A DNA stretch of 63,399 nt, counting the filler, from Octopus bimaculoides (lineage: Eukaryota), in the NCBI RefSeq assembly GCF_001194135.2. It is 5 parts of 5 records of this genome, joined end to end, with 100 filler letters (N's around TTAATTAATTAA, not from the genome) between each part and the next. Parts side by side here need not be neighbours in the genome. Positions count along the whole stretch, not along the records: positions 28,295 to 59,849 come from NC_068992.1; positions 59,950 to 61,992 come from NW_026381667.1; positions 62,093 to 63,399 come from NW_026327156.1; 2 more parts are not named here. One strand, given 5' to 3'. This document shows, in pieces, positions 49,870-63,399 of the stretch. A model generated the notes under the pieces. It was not told the DNA's origin and did not search any database. It saw only the letters and a program-made list of their open reading frames with translations. The translations under genes and the position numbers were made by a program. Positions within the stretch are counted from its first letter, which is position 1, and every line of letters starts with the position of its first letter.

Positions 49870-52800
49870 TGTATATATATAAATATACATATAAACGTAT
49901 ATATATATATATATANNNNNNNNNNNNNNNNNNNNNNNNNNNNNNNNNNNNNNNNNNNNNNNNNNNNNNNNNNNNNNNNNNNNNNNNNNNNNNNNNNNNN
50001 NNNNNNNNNNNNNNNNNNNNNNNNNNNNNNNNNNNNNNNNNNNNNNNNNNNNNNNNNNNNNNNNNNNNNNNNNNNNNNNNNNNNNNNNNNNNNNNNNNNN
50101 NNNNNNNNNNNNNNNNNNNNNNNNNNNNNNNNNNNNNNNNNNNNNNNNNNNNNNNNNNNNNNNNNNNNNNNNNNNNNNNNNNNNNNNNATAAAGAACATT
50201 TTACAGAACCGGTTTCCTTGAGATCTTTTCCACAGTAAATATGAATAATAGATTTTTGAAAAATTACTGAAAAATTAAATTTTGGTAAATTTAAAAGAAA
50301 AGTCTTTTTAAAGACATATTTGTATACTATTCAAGTAACAGCGGCATTTTTCTTGTTTCTGCCTGTCTCTGTTACACTTGTCTCATACAAATACTTTTCC
50401 ATGTGTCACGGGTCTCGATTTTGGAGAGAAAGTAACATAATGCATAACGTTAGAAATTTGTGTCCTGTCATCTCCTTCTTTTATAAACCATCATCCTAAG
50501 TAATACCCCACAATGATAAATGGTAGCATCAATAGATATTTACATTCGTTTCTGCATGCTGTAAACCAATTATATTGCTCTTCAGCTATTCATATTTTGA
50601 AGACATTAGAATATGGTGAGTGAATTTTGTTCGTGGTAATTAATCAGTTCCCGCCTTCATGAATATTTAGTCTCGAACACGAGGTAGAAATTTCTTTCTG
50701 TGTCCAATTTGGTTCTTAAACAATCATTATTTATTCCGTGCAATTTTTCATAGCTCAAATATTTAATGAAGTCGAATTTGGTATCGTATTGTGAGCTTTG
50801 ATGTAGAAGTTTTTGAATAGAAATATATATACGGATATTTCTAGCAAAGCACTTTTTTGTCTAAATAACAATTCTAACTGGCTCCATTTCTCAAAGTGAA
50901 ACTATGTCAAATATTTCCATATCATTGTAGTTTTTTTTTTATTGCATAGCACATTTACGTATTTCAGTGATTGAATTTACTCAAATATGAAAATAAAAAT
51001 AAATAAATAAATACTATTGATTTCTACAAATATATCATTCATTTTAGGATGTCGGTTTCAAGGCGTTCTTATAAAATATGTCTAGCTTTGCTCATCTGAG
51101 CAATTGTAGTTTTCTGTTGGGCTACTACTTTCGTTTTACACCCGACAATCAAACGTCAGTAAGAAAGATTTATAAAGATTTATAAAATAGATTTTATTTC
51201 AGAAATGGCGTTGTATTTCACTACTTGTTATAGCGGTTTAACTGTTTTATGCCAATTTATATCAACTGTTGCTCTGCAGTGTTTGTAATAAAGAAAGATC
51301 TTGATTTTTCTCATCCACCATTCGTGGTGCTCTTATTTTATCTTTTTTAAAGTTTTCATTGGTTGTCCACTATTCATGTTATTTCGAGGTTATATGCGAA
51401 AACACGTTTCCAAATTGCCTCCTTGTAACATCCATGCCGTAACATCATAGAAGTGAAAGAACTTTCTTAGCTTAGCCACACATCTATGCTAGGCATCTAT
51501 TTGTCTCTATGCCGTGCATATTCTGCTTACTTTTATTATGTACATTTCGTCAGTGTCTGTACATGGGGTTTCAGATATGATGTTTCAAAAATTGACCATA
51601 AAATACACATGAATTAAGATCTTCATTATTTGACACCGAAAAAAAATGCTTCTCAAATATATTCTAACTTATCGAATTATTTTCTATATTTTTTAAAATT
51701 TCCGTAACGTTTCATACGCAATTTATTGATAACACTTCGTCTGTTTCATCATTTAATCTCCTGGCAGTGTAGTAGCTACAGCATGTGTCTGCAAACTACT
51801 TTTTTTTAAAATGAAATGTGTAGACGTAACGGTCACGATTAATTCATGCGCATTGCCCTTAGTGTTCAGAAAGGTACTATATTTCTTATATTAGGATTTC
51901 TACAATATAAATTACATCACATACGACACGGATACCCACAGCCGTGTTTTCTACGAATGAACTATTTTATTGATCACGGCACCTAGTATATGTATTTGTA
52001 AATAGGTTCTTTCATGAAGAAAAAAACAGAAAAACTCCTTTTTGCAAATAAATGTTATAAATGTTATATCACAACCTAACTTACTTTTAGCACCCATTAA
52101 TACGGTTTCATTACATCCAAGTCTGCCTCGTTCGATTCAATTCCAAGTTTCATTATAAAGGTTTAGAAATTGTTTCCTTTTAACGCAACGTGTTGTCTGA
52201 ACTGGTTTGATTGTTTTATTGTTAATACTGCTTCTTCATCACCGAGTTTCCTTTTTGGAGATGATTTCACATTATCCTTTAATGGAAGATAATTGATTAA
52301 GTGTTATTTAATCTCCATTATGCACCAAGACATTGTCATGCGTCTATTAATATTATTGCTAGCATTAATTATTGATTAGTTTGCCGATAATAAAACATTG
52401 AGTACAGGTTTTATTACCTTTATTTTAGGCCACGTGCTTAAATTAGAAACAATTATATATATTCTTCCTGATCCGTAAAACGTATACAGACCTATATAGA
52501 AGTGTGGGTTTAGCATTGTTGCATGTTATTTCAAAAGGCATCAACGTATTAATGTAAATGTGTGTATTAAATGGAATTAATCTATAAACATAACACTAGT
52601 ACGTCTAATAATACACATGCGTGTAAGGTGTCGTATTCTAGAACAATAAGATTACTATCTAAACTCAGAATAAATTACTAGATTGCTAAAGTTATAATTA
52701 CAACCATAAAGATTTAAAGACTTTTATAAATCTTATTCTTTGAAAGCTGCAATTATCACACTCTACAGTAGGTAAATCAACCTACGTACAGTAACCTTCT

Positions 52801-52937
52801 TTGCGAATTCTTATTGTATGCTTGTAAAGTTTTCTATGAGAAAAGAAAAGTAAACTTAGACAATTTCTTAGAAATGTCTCTAGAATTAAAAAAAAAAATT
52901 CTCATTCTTTTTTGGCGATAAGATGCTGCTGAACTAC

Positions 52938-53347
52938 TTTACTCTTTTACTCTTTTACTCTTTTACTTGTTTCAGTCATTTGACTGCGGCCATGCTGGAG
53001 CATCGCCTTTAGTCATGAAAGTCGACCCCAGAACTTATTCTTAGTAAGACTAATACTAATTTTATCGGTCTCTTTTTGCCGAACTGCTAAGTTACGGGGA
53101 CGTAATCACACCATCATCGGTTGTCAAGTGATGGTGGGGGGACAAACACATACACACAAACACGCATACATATATAGACATATATACGATGGGCTTCTTT
53201 CGGTTTCCGTCTACCAAATCCACTCACAAGGCTTTGGTCGGCCCGAGGCTATAGTAGAAGACACTTGCCCAAGGTGGCACGCTGTGGGACTGAACCCGGA
53301 ACCAGGTAGTTGGTAAGCAAGCCACTTACCACACAGCCACTCCTGCG
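52938..53347 (-). mobile_element. SINE-A, full length
   Basis: Collinear with the other copies; tail (TACTCTT)n. Confidence 0.92.
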
Positions 53348-53829
53348 TCATTAAGAAAAAATGATAATACTTCACGATCTTTTCAAAATATATTGCTGAA
53401 TATTTTTTCCATTTTCACTTACTGTACTCCATCTTTTACTTACTGTACTCTACATATTTCTCTCTTCATATATTTCCACTCCTTTATCCTCCAGTTACAT
53501 AGCTTATTTGTACTAAATAACACCATGTTTCCGTAAAATATAGACTTAATCGAAATGCATAGAATTCAGTATGGCAAAACCATTACATTTCAAGCTAGCA
53601 AAAATCTGGGAAGTTAATCGAGATTGTCCATTTTGCACATTAAGAAAGCCATCAAGTGTATTCTGAAAATCTTTTAATATTTCACTTAAAAAGGTTTTTA
53701 CATATTGGTTACTACGTGTGTAATATACTGTAAAAATTATATATGTTCTCAGCAAATAAAGAAACTTAACTTCATAAAAATTCTCACAGGGGAAGTACGC
53801 AAGTATACAGTAAAACGCGTACGGATGAA

Positions 53830-54060
53830 CACATAAATGATATAAACACACACACACACGCGCGCGCGCGTAAATGCACAAATGTATATGTGTGTTTGTG
53901 TGTGTATATGTGTATAAATATATATGCATATATAGATATTTGCAGCTTTTTTAATAAACATGCATATATATATATGAATTTATATGAATGTATGTTTATA
54001 CACATATACACACACAATCACACATATACATCTGTGCATTTACGTGTGTGCATTTACGTC

Positions 54061-54092
<32 letters not shown>

Positions 54093-54151
54093 CATACATA
54101 TACATATACACACATATATGTATATATATATATATATATACATACATACAC

Positions 54152-54191
<40 letters not shown>

Positions 54192-54290
54192 GGACATACA
54201 TATACATATACACACATATATACGTATATATATATATATTACCATAGAAAATATCTATATGTTTGTGTATGTGTTCATATATGTGTGTGA
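53830..54290. repeat. Long compound CA/TA/GA microsatellite region
   Basis: Directly visible. Confidence 0.92.
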
Positions 54291-54340
54291 TTCTATGTAT
54301 GTACCTACGTATGTATACTGCGATGCACATATTAATAATC

Positions 54341-54551
54341 ATTTCTACTGGGAGCACAAGGCCTCAACTTTGGAAGAAAGTGGAATAGTCGATTACATCG
54401 ACCCCAGTGTTTCACCGGTACTTAAATTATCGACCCCGAAAGAATGAAAGGCATAGTGACTTGGGCGGAATTTGAACTCGGAACGTAACGACGGACAAAA
54501 TGCCACTAAGCATTTCGTCCAGCGTACTAACAAGTCTGCCAGCTCGCCGCC
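54341..54551 (-). mobile_element. SINE-B
   Basis: Reverse complement begins ggcggcgagctggcag; contains the core and a distinct 3' tail. Confidence 0.88.
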
Positions 54552-56918
54552 ATAACACGCTTATTCATAATGAGGTATCTTCAAGACGCAACTTAACATA
54601 TCCCGATGCAAATATCAATATATATAAAGTAGATAGTGCACGGCATTAAAAAAAAAAGAGTTATAACTATACATAAATGCATTGGAAACTAAATACACTG
54701 GGTGTACACCTACACCATCATTAAATGTGCCATCACATTTTCATAAAGAGATCTGTTTAAAACATCTTATTTCTCTTCCTCACACCATAAAATGTCTCTC
54801 CTGATTGAACTCTTAATATTACTATATTTCAGACGGAGAACATCATTCATTTGAAAGTATTCTGTTATATTAATTCTATCGAATAAACAAATTGTGCCGA
54901 TATGGTTTCGCGGTACGTCAACCTCCACAAACATTACACGCTAGCATATCAAAAGATCAAAACAATATGTAAGCTATAAGTTTTTGTTTATATTTGACTG
55001 TTTGTGCAGAACGTTTGTATGGACATCGGGAAAACCAAACACAATTTCTAGGTCAATTTCTTCAAAGGGAAAACGTTGTAAAGTGAAGGAATATATTTTA
55101 TACTTTTTTCTATATTTAACAGTATTTAGAAAGCAGTAATACAAAGCAGTAATAAATACATGTGTGGTTATGCCATTTGGAGAAAAGCTATATGAATTCG
55201 TAGTGTAAATATTTTAATAATGCAGACAAGCTGTAGCTTATCGCATGGTAAATGGAATTCAAATATCTAGTATAATAACATGTAAAGAAATAAAATAAAT
55301 TTTGTTAAGCGTACTTTTAACACATTGAACCTCTCTGGGGCACCTCTAGTTAGGCTAACTCTATGCTAGAAAGATCAACCAAATGTTCTTTAATTCAGTC
55401 CCGACAGTCTCCAAAATAGATTCAAATATTTGATAATTTCTGAAGTAAAACTCTTTGGAGAGATTTCTGACATGAAAGCCTGAATAGCTGAATACTAAGA
55501 ATAGTAAAACAAAAAAAATTAACAAATCATAGACGCTATTTCCCCTATATTACTTTCAAGCGAACCATAAGGGACAAGCGATGACATCTTCGTTTCTACA
55601 TTTCTATACACAACCAGAGCACGCTCCCCAGCCCACAAGCAGTATTGGCAGTGAGAAATTGATAAAAGTATAGATTAACCAAAAAATAAAATGAAAAAAA
55701 AAAACAACATAGAGAATATCAGTAGATTGTTCGGGCTATCTGCAGTACCAGAGCATTAACGTCCAGTGCAGTTGTGAAGGTAAGAATTAGATGGCGTCCG
55801 AGAGGACAACTTTGATTATTGTAGAAATAATAACAAAATATAAAGCTGTAAAATGTCCACCTTAGACGTCCAAACAGAAAGTAATGAAGATTTGAAATGA
55901 CTGCTTGACGTGAATCGACGTCAACTCCTACTCTATTTTTACGAGAAGAGAACCTTCTGCCCTTTATAAGCAACTCATTACATTACCGAAAGGATGCCAT
56001 TTCAGAGCCATTTTAACAACACAAAAAAGAAAGACTGATATAGAGACAAATTGGCATGCGCAATGATACAATGTGTGATACTATTCGGGGAATCCTCACT
56101 ATGTTTAATTTACAAATAATTCTCTTCAGGTTGCTAATTAATCTCTCTAAACAGGGAACATTTCATATTAGCCTATCATGGAAAGAATATGAAGAAAATG
56201 GTAACGGTACGCTATCAGAGTTGTACTGTGTTATGTTGTGTTATGTTTATGGACAACTATATGGAACATGGAGGTATATAATGCAATGGTTGGGTGCTGT
56301 AGTTATGATTGTAGGATTGTAGTTTCGATTTCTTGGCTGGGAGTTACGTTGTGTTCTTGAGCAAACACTGCATTCCATGTTGCTACAGTCTGCACAGCAT
56401 GTAAAAATAAGTAATCCTGCAACATGCCATCGTCACGTCCATATATATATAATCAATATAAGCAACACGGATATCCAGAGGTAATGCAGTACGATCGTTT
56501 CATGCAACTCTATTTAATTGAACAATGCAACCATTACATCAATTCAAAAAATCATAATACAGAACAATCCTCAGCTGCACAAATATAGAATTAGTAAATT
56601 CTACGCTGGGTTGGAGACAGCATGTTCTTTGTCTATCTCCTTAACTACTTGGATATCTTAGGTATAATTATACTAATGTGTCCATCTGTTCTAATTTAAT
56701 TAAATTCTATGTCCTTGTGCAGATCAGGATTGCTCTGCATTTTAAATTGATGTAATGATTGCATTGTTGAATTAAATCGAGTGGCATGAAACGATCATAC
56801 TGCATTACCTCTGGACATCCTTGTTGCTTATTTTAATTTTAATTACCTTACTTTGAAATTGTATGGATAATACCGTACTAAATTTTGGTGCCTCAACTTA
56901 AGTACCATATTCATCTGA

Positions 56919-56965
<47 letters not shown>

Positions 56966-57079
56966 AATCTCTCTCTCTCTCTCTCTCTCTCCCTCNNNNN
57001 NNNNNNNNNNNNNNNNNNNNNNNNNNNNNNNNNNNNNNNNNNNNNNNNNNNNNNNNNNNNNNNNNNNNNNNNNNNNNNN

Positions 57080-57121
<42 letters not shown>

Positions 57122-57649
57122 GCCAGAAAGACTGATAAATCGGTTCTTTGCGTCTAAAAGAGTGGTGTGGAATAATCGTGTGGCATGTATTTTTCTTAGG
57201 CTAATGTTATTCGTTCCTGAACTTTTCCTCCAACATTCAAATTCTGCCAAGGTGAAATTTACCTTTCATTCCTCTGGAGTTGAATGGCGTACAATACCTG
57301 TCAAATATTGGGTCAAATGCTTTTTCAAATCCCCTTCCATAAATTTCGAGGCATGTGACTAAATTACAAAGTATTATTTAGACGGCGCATTGAGAGAATC
57401 GTTAGAATATTTTTCCGGCTTTCAACGTTTAGAATTCTAAGTTTAAATCGTACTAACATTAACTTTGCCTCAGGGTCGGTAAAATAAAGTATTTGTGAAA
57501 TAATTCGGTGACTTCCTATTATTCAAAATTGATTTAAAAAAATTATTGTTAAAAAGAAACAGTAGAGGAAGAACTGTTAGTGCGGCAAACAAAATGTATA
57601 ATTGCTATTATTCAGTAATATTATATGCATTACTTGCTACTATTACACA

Positions 57650-58130
57650 AGGGAATCAAGTCATGTGCTCCTTCTATAGTTTGTATTTCATGAATATATG
57701 TATATCGTTGTTCTTGTTTTCTTCCAGTGCATTTGCATTCATCGTTTTTGTAAATGATTTCTGTAGAAACTGTCATTCCCTCTTTGCTTAATCTCCAGAT
57801 TATATTTATCTCTATTTCTAGATATCAATATTTGAATGGTCTCTCAATTACTTTTTGAATGGTATTATCGGATAATAGCTATTGTCTTCTTAGTTGGACA
57901 TATCAGTGCTACATTTTTTATGCAATTTTTCTAGCAATCATGTTGATATCTATTATTAACAGATTTGCATGCAATCACCCAGCAAGATTCGATTAATAAC
58001 TGGAACAAATTAATGAAAAAGAAATTTAAATTAGATTCTAGAGGCTTACAATTGTTTGAAACATTTCTTGTAAGCCTCGTTAACGCCTATCTCATTCTTC
58101 TTTATATCATACTTCCCTATTCCACCAAAT
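57650..58130 (-). mobile_element. Possible very old RTE-like APE fragment
   Basis: IGKYDIKKN resembles IGKYGLGxRN; purine-rich minus strand. Weak. Confidence 0.2.
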
Positions 58131-59594
58131 CTGCAATTATACTAGTTTAATCATTCTTATTTCTTAAGGTACGTGTATATTTAAAATTCTCGTTTAAAAA
58201 CGAATGTCGTTCTTTTTCTCCTTTTGTTCTGATAATGTCATAAATCAATTAGAGAGAGATTTTTTAAATATTTTTCTAGATTACAATTACATTTGATTGC
58301 ATTCAAATGTATCATTATCAATTATGAAAGCCCGTAATGTTTCTTTTAAATGTAATCACATTATACCAATTAAAATGGACGTGCCTGGCTTTAATAAAAT
58401 ATAAATGAAAAACAATATTAAACAGCATAACAACAAGATTATTGAGAGATACTTCAAATTATCATTACAGACTTTTAGAGATATCATTGAAAAATTAAAT
58501 ACATATTAGCTACAAATCGCCGAAGGAATTGGACACTGTTGCATGACAAAATACAGATGCATTGACTATCTCAATATCTCCTGTGTCATTAGATAACACT
58601 CAGAAAAGAAGCATTTATTTATTTATTGCTTTGTTTTTATATAATGGAGAGTGTTCTGTTTCTTTTACTAATAGAATGTGCTCAAACTGGAAATGTAAAA
58701 GTGGCATTCAATTAGTTGCAGTCGTTCGTTATATTATCAGTTTGGGAGATGAGAGAAAAAAGCAAATAGCATATTAAAATAATGAAGCAAATATAAAAAT
58801 GATAAAAATAAAATCGTGTGCAAAATATATAACAAAAAATTACTCTGAGAAACACTGAAACAAAAAAGACAAACAGAAATAAAGAGTAAAAAATTTCAAA
58901 TTTTTTTTTTTGTAACGTGTAATATTCTTTATCAAAGACTCTGTTAATCAATTGATATTTTGCATTATATTAAAATGCATGCGGTGATGGCATATGTCAT
59001 GTACAATAAAGAAAATCTTGACGTAGTTATAAGGGAATGTTCTAGAGGAAACTGTATTTACGAGTATCAATAATCATTCTCTCGCTTTCTATATCTTAGT
59101 TTCTCATTTATATATAATATATAATAAGTATGTGTATATATCTACGTATGTTGTCCCTGTGTGGGTGTCTGAGTGCGCATGTATGTGTGTACTTATTCAT
59201 GAAGAAAGACGTATTCATCACAACATTTTATCGTGTAAAATTCTGTATAAAATAAGCAACTGTGATAATACTTTGATGGATATAATCGATTTACGTCTCT
59301 GCTATTTTGACAGGGCGTGAAGAAAAAATATAAACGGAATATATATTTTGGAGGCCTTAATCCGTTTCACTTATCAAATATGTTGAAGTTTACCTTACCA
59401 CATCGATTCAATTCTCAGGTGTTGCGTTATGATAATTAATATGTGTATATGTTCTTCCATCTTATTGATTTACTGTGTATACAGTTCAGATTATAAAGAA
59501 TATAGACATTTATTATCCAAATATTTATACTTATCTAAATTTATGCATAAAAGGAATACCTGCCGATTGCACAAGATGTTTCAGTTTATAGGAA

Positions 59595-59625
59595 ACTAGC
59601 AGAAATACCCGGCTTTGCCCGGGTT
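59595..59625 (+). mobile_element. Helitron/Helentron-like non-autonomous element terminus
   Basis: ACTAGCAGAAATACCCGGCTTTGCCCGGGT: ACTAG start plus a subterminal GC hairpin (ACCCGG/CCGGGT), as recalled for HINE/DINE-type elements; truncated by a join at 59850. Confidence 0.5.
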
Positions 59626-59849
59626 AAAGAGAATAATGAAATCTAAAAACGCCGTCTAGACTACGCAACCCTCAACTGTTAGTAGCTACGATACCATATT
59701 TCTACATTAATAACTCTCCAATCCATGCCAGCATGGAACATAGACATTAAGTGGAATGCCAGTCTCTCATCTAGGAGGGCCTTCAAATCAATGTTACCAA
59801 CTGAGGACTATGTGTGTCGTAGTGATAATAAAAAGACCCAAAGGATGTC

Positions 59850-59949
59850 NNNNNNNNNNNNNNNNNNNNNNNNNNNNNNNNNNNNNNNNNNNNTTAATTA
59901 ATTAANNNNNNNNNNNNNNNNNNNNNNNNNNNNNNNNNNNNNNNNNNNN
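59850..59949. other. Artificial 100-bp scaffold join
   Basis: 44 N + TTAATTAATTAA + 44 N. Confidence 0.95.
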
Positions 59950-60184
59950 TGTATGTATGTATATATATATATATATGAATAAGAATAGTATAATATTCAT
60001 GAAGTAATGTCTGAAATATATATTTTATTTTTAAGGAACCAAACGACAGCTCAAGACTGTTTCTTTGCGATTAAAAGCAATTCTCTCCCCTGAAATAGTA
60101 CGGTCTTTCCTTTGGCAGCGATTACGAAATTCTAACTCTGAAACATTACGTCGTTTGGGCTTTGTAAAAATATGAATATATATA

Positions 60185-60592
60185 TTCTTTTACTCTTTTA
60201 CTCTTTTATTTGTTTCATTCATTTGACTGTGGCCATGCTGGAGCACCGCCTTTTAGTCGAGCTAATCGACCCCAGGACTTATTCTTTGTAAGCCTAGTAC
60301 TTATTCTATCGGTCTCTTTTGCCGAATCGCTAAGTTACGGGGACGTAAACACACCAGCATGGGTTGTCAAGCGCTATTGGGGGGACAAACACAGACACAC
60401 AAACACACATACATATATATACATATACACGACGGGCTTCTTTCAGTTTCCGTCTACCAAATCCACTCACAAGGCTTTGGTCGGCCTGAGGCTATAGTAG
60501 AAGACACTTGCCCAAGGTGCCACGCAGTGGGACTGAACCCGGAACCATGTGGTTGGTAAGGAAGCTACTTACCACACAGCCACTCCTACGCC
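60185..60592 (-). mobile_element. SINE-A, full length, close to the apparent consensus
   Basis: Collinear with the other copies; flanked by TA-rich sequence. Confidence 0.93.
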
Positions 60593-61799
60593 TATATATG
60601 AATATNNNNNNNNNNNNNNNNNNNNNNNNNNNNNNNNNNNNNNNNNNNNNNNNNNNNNNNNNNNNNNNNNNNNNNNNNNNNNNNNNNNNNNNNNNNNNNN
60701 NNNNNNNNNNNNNNNNNNNNNNNNNNNNNNNNNNNNNNNNNNNNNNNNNNNNNNNNNNNNNNNNNNNNNNNNNNNNNNNNNNNNNNNNNNNNNNNNNNNN
60801 NNNNNNNNNNNNNNNNNNNNNNNNNNNNNNNNNNNNNNNNNNNNNNNNNNNNNNNNNNNNNNNNNNNNNNNNNNNNNNNNNNNNNNNNNNNNNNNNNNNN
60901 NNNNNNNNNNNNNNNNNNNNNNNNNNNNNNNNNNNNNNNNNNNNNNNNNNNNNNNNNNNNNNNNNNNNNNNNNNNNNNNNNNNNNNNNNNNNNNNNNNNN
61001 NNNNNNNNNNNNNNNNNNNNNNNNNNNNNNNNNNNNNNNNNNNNNNNNNNNNNNNNNNNNNNNNNNNNNNNNNNNNNNNNNNNNNNNNNNNNNNNNNNNN
61101 NNNNNNNNNNNNNNNNNNNNNNNNNNNNNNNNNNNNNNNNNNNNNNNNNNNNNNNNNNNNNNNNNNNNNNNNNNNNNNNNNNNNNNNNNNNNNNNNNNNN
61201 NNNNNNNNNNNNNNNNNNNNNNNNNNNNNNNNNNNNNNNNNNNNNNNNNNNNNNNNNNNNNNNNNNNNNNNNNNNNNNNNNNNNNNNNNNNNNNNNNNNN
61301 NNNNNNNNNNNNNNNNNNNNNNNNNNNNNNNNNNNNNNNNNNNNNNNNNNNNNNNNNNNNNNNNNNNNNNNNNNNNNNNNNNNNNNNNNNNNNNNNNNNN
61401 NNNNNNNNNNNNNNNNNNNNNNNNNNNNNNNNNNNNNNNNNNNNNNNNNNNNNNNNNNNNNNNNNNNNNNNNNNNNNNNNNNNNNNNNNNNNNNNNNNNN
61501 NNNNNNNNNNNNNAATAATAATATATATATATATATATGTATACCATCTGATGGTCATTTTTTGTTTGCCAAATAAAGACATGTACTATGTATTCGTTCT
61601 TCACAAAAATAAACCTGAGGTGAAGAACGAATATATAGTGCCTGTGTTTATTTGGCAAAAGATAAAACAGAAGACCATTCCGAAATATAATAATATATAT
61701 GTGTGTGTTTGTAAGTATCCATAACAAAACAATTCACACCAACTTTATAATTTCGAATTAATTTTGCTATTTTGTAGAATCTTTTGAATAGCAACGAAA

Positions 61800-61853
61800 T
61801 ACTGCTAAGCATTTCGCACCGGCGTGCTAACGTTTCTGCCAGCTCACCGCCTT
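61800..61853 (-). mobile_element. SINE-B head fragment
   Basis: gctaagcatttcgcaccggcgtgctaacgtttctgccagctcaccgcc. Confidence 0.8.
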
Positions 61854-61958
61854 CCTCGTATATCAGCATATCGGCATTCACATACTGACACGCACGCACA
61901 CATACACAAACACGTGCGCACTTATGCACTCACGTACTTACACACTTACGGACAAACA

Positions 61959-61992
<34 letters not shown>

Positions 61993-62092
61993 NNNNNNNN
62001 NNNNNNNNNNNNNNNNNNNNNNNNNNNNNNNNNNNNTTAATTAATTAANNNNNNNNNNNNNNNNNNNNNNNNNNNNNNNNNNNNNNNNNNNN
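61993..62092. other. Artificial 100-bp scaffold join
   Basis: 44 N + TTAATTAATTAA + 44 N. Confidence 0.95.
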
Positions 62093-62250
62093 TATATATA
62101 TATATATATACACATTTATATATATAAATAAACACTTATACATACACACACATATGTATATATATTTCTGCCTTTAGGTTGTAAAATTGCAAATATGCTA
62201 CCCATATCATATATATGTATGTATACATAATATATATATATATATATATA

Positions 62251-62608
62251 TTCTTTTATTTGTTTCAGTCATTTGACTGCGGACATGCTGGAGCACCGCC
62301 TTTTAGTCGAACAAACAGACCCCAGGACTTATTCTTTGTAAGACTAGAACTTATTCTATCGGGCTTTGTTGCCGAACCGCTAGGTTACGGGAACGTAAAC
62401 TCACCAGCATCGGTTGTCAAGCGATGTTGGGGGGATAAACACAGACACACAAACACATACATAACGGGCTTCTTTCAGTTTCCGTCTGCCAAATCCACTC
62501 ACAAGGCTTTGGTCTGCCCGAGGCTAAAGTAGAAGACATTTGCCCAAGGTGTCACGCAGTGGGACTGAACCCGGAACCATATGGTAGATAAGCAAGCTAC
62601 TTACCACA
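62251..62608 (-). mobile_element. SINE-A, near full length with short internal microsatellite
   Basis: Collinear with the other copies; flanked by (TA)n on both sides. Confidence 0.92.
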
Positions 62609-63018
62609 TATATATCTAATATAAATTTCGATGGAATATCTGTCAAACAATTAGCCAAAACTTAAAAACTCAATATGGAAACGATGTGAACAAAAAATGT
62701 TATATTTTGCCCTCTTTTAAACAATTATTTAGATTTCAATTTCTGATGAAGTGACGGCCATTTATTATAAGTTTTATATGTCCATTATGGAAACTTGTTT
62801 TCAATAGTAATTTAAACAAATCACTATATACGTGTATGTGCGTGTACATATATATATATTTATGTGTGTGTGTGTGTGTGTGTGTACACTTATAAATTGA
62901 GAATATCATCATTAACATGATTGTATCAGTGGCTAGCGTAAAAAAAGAGAAACGACTGTATCGGCAAAATTAATTTTTAAGCATATAGTTATAAAAATAT
63001 AATTATATTTATGAACTC

Positions 63019-63068
<50 letters not shown>

Positions 63069-63399
63069 ATGTATGTATGTATTGTGTATACATATATATA
63101 TGTATATATATATATATATATATATTGAGTATATATATAACATATATCGAGTATATGTAAATACATATTTGTGTGTGTGCGTGTGTGTGATACAAGTGTG
63201 GAAGGTGTCACAGACATCATTTTCAGGTGAACAAATATGTCAGTGACCGGTTAGAATTTAGTGAAAGGGATTACTTAAATGAAACTCAGAGAAATGCAAG
63301 GATCCCCATGCACAGGTCAAATCAATATATATATATATGTGTGTGTGTGCATATATATATACATACATGTATATATATATATACATGTATATATATATA

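Noticed and set aside
51050-51650. Merlin/IS1595-like transposase relic on the minus strand
   Set aside because: Only vague resemblance (RRQFGNVF); no catalytic motif could be aligned.
55713-55779. Cys-containing exon (DCSGYLQYQSINVQCSCE) ending at GAAG/GTAAGA
   Set aside because: The upstream region is A-rich with no polypyrimidine tract, and the peptide is unrecognised.
62743-62794. Hammerhead on the plus strand (CTGATGA...GAAAC)
   Set aside because: No complementary stems I or II around the core.

Overview
AT-rich, gap-ridden, repeat-dominated eukaryotic DNA. The tRNA-derived SINE families and dense (TA)n/(CA)n/trinucleotide microsatellites suggest an octopus genome; this is inferred from recalled repeat sequences, not a database search. 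No intact multi-exon protein gene could be supported. Most ORFs in the track are microsatellite or N-gap translations. The window holds decayed non-LTR retrotransposons (R4/Dong-like, RTE, CR1-like), Penelope-like element (PLE) remnants, mariner/Tc1-type transposase fragments, a hAT MITE, a Helitron-like terminus and about 20 copies or fragments of three SINE families (here A, B, C). Four identical 100-bp artificial joins (44N-TTAATTAATTAA-44N) make adjacency across them unreliable. Most interesting: a near-canonical type I hammerhead ribozyme candidate (40092-40151, minus); a CR1 LINE whose 3' tail and stem-loop match SINE-A; SINE-B inserted repeatedly into one 14-bp site of its own family; two decayed, apparently intronless receptor pseudogenes (LRR/TLR-like and class A GPCR-like); a pre-miRNA-like hairpin; and a possible terminal coding exon. 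I found no evidence of a complete new multi-gene system.
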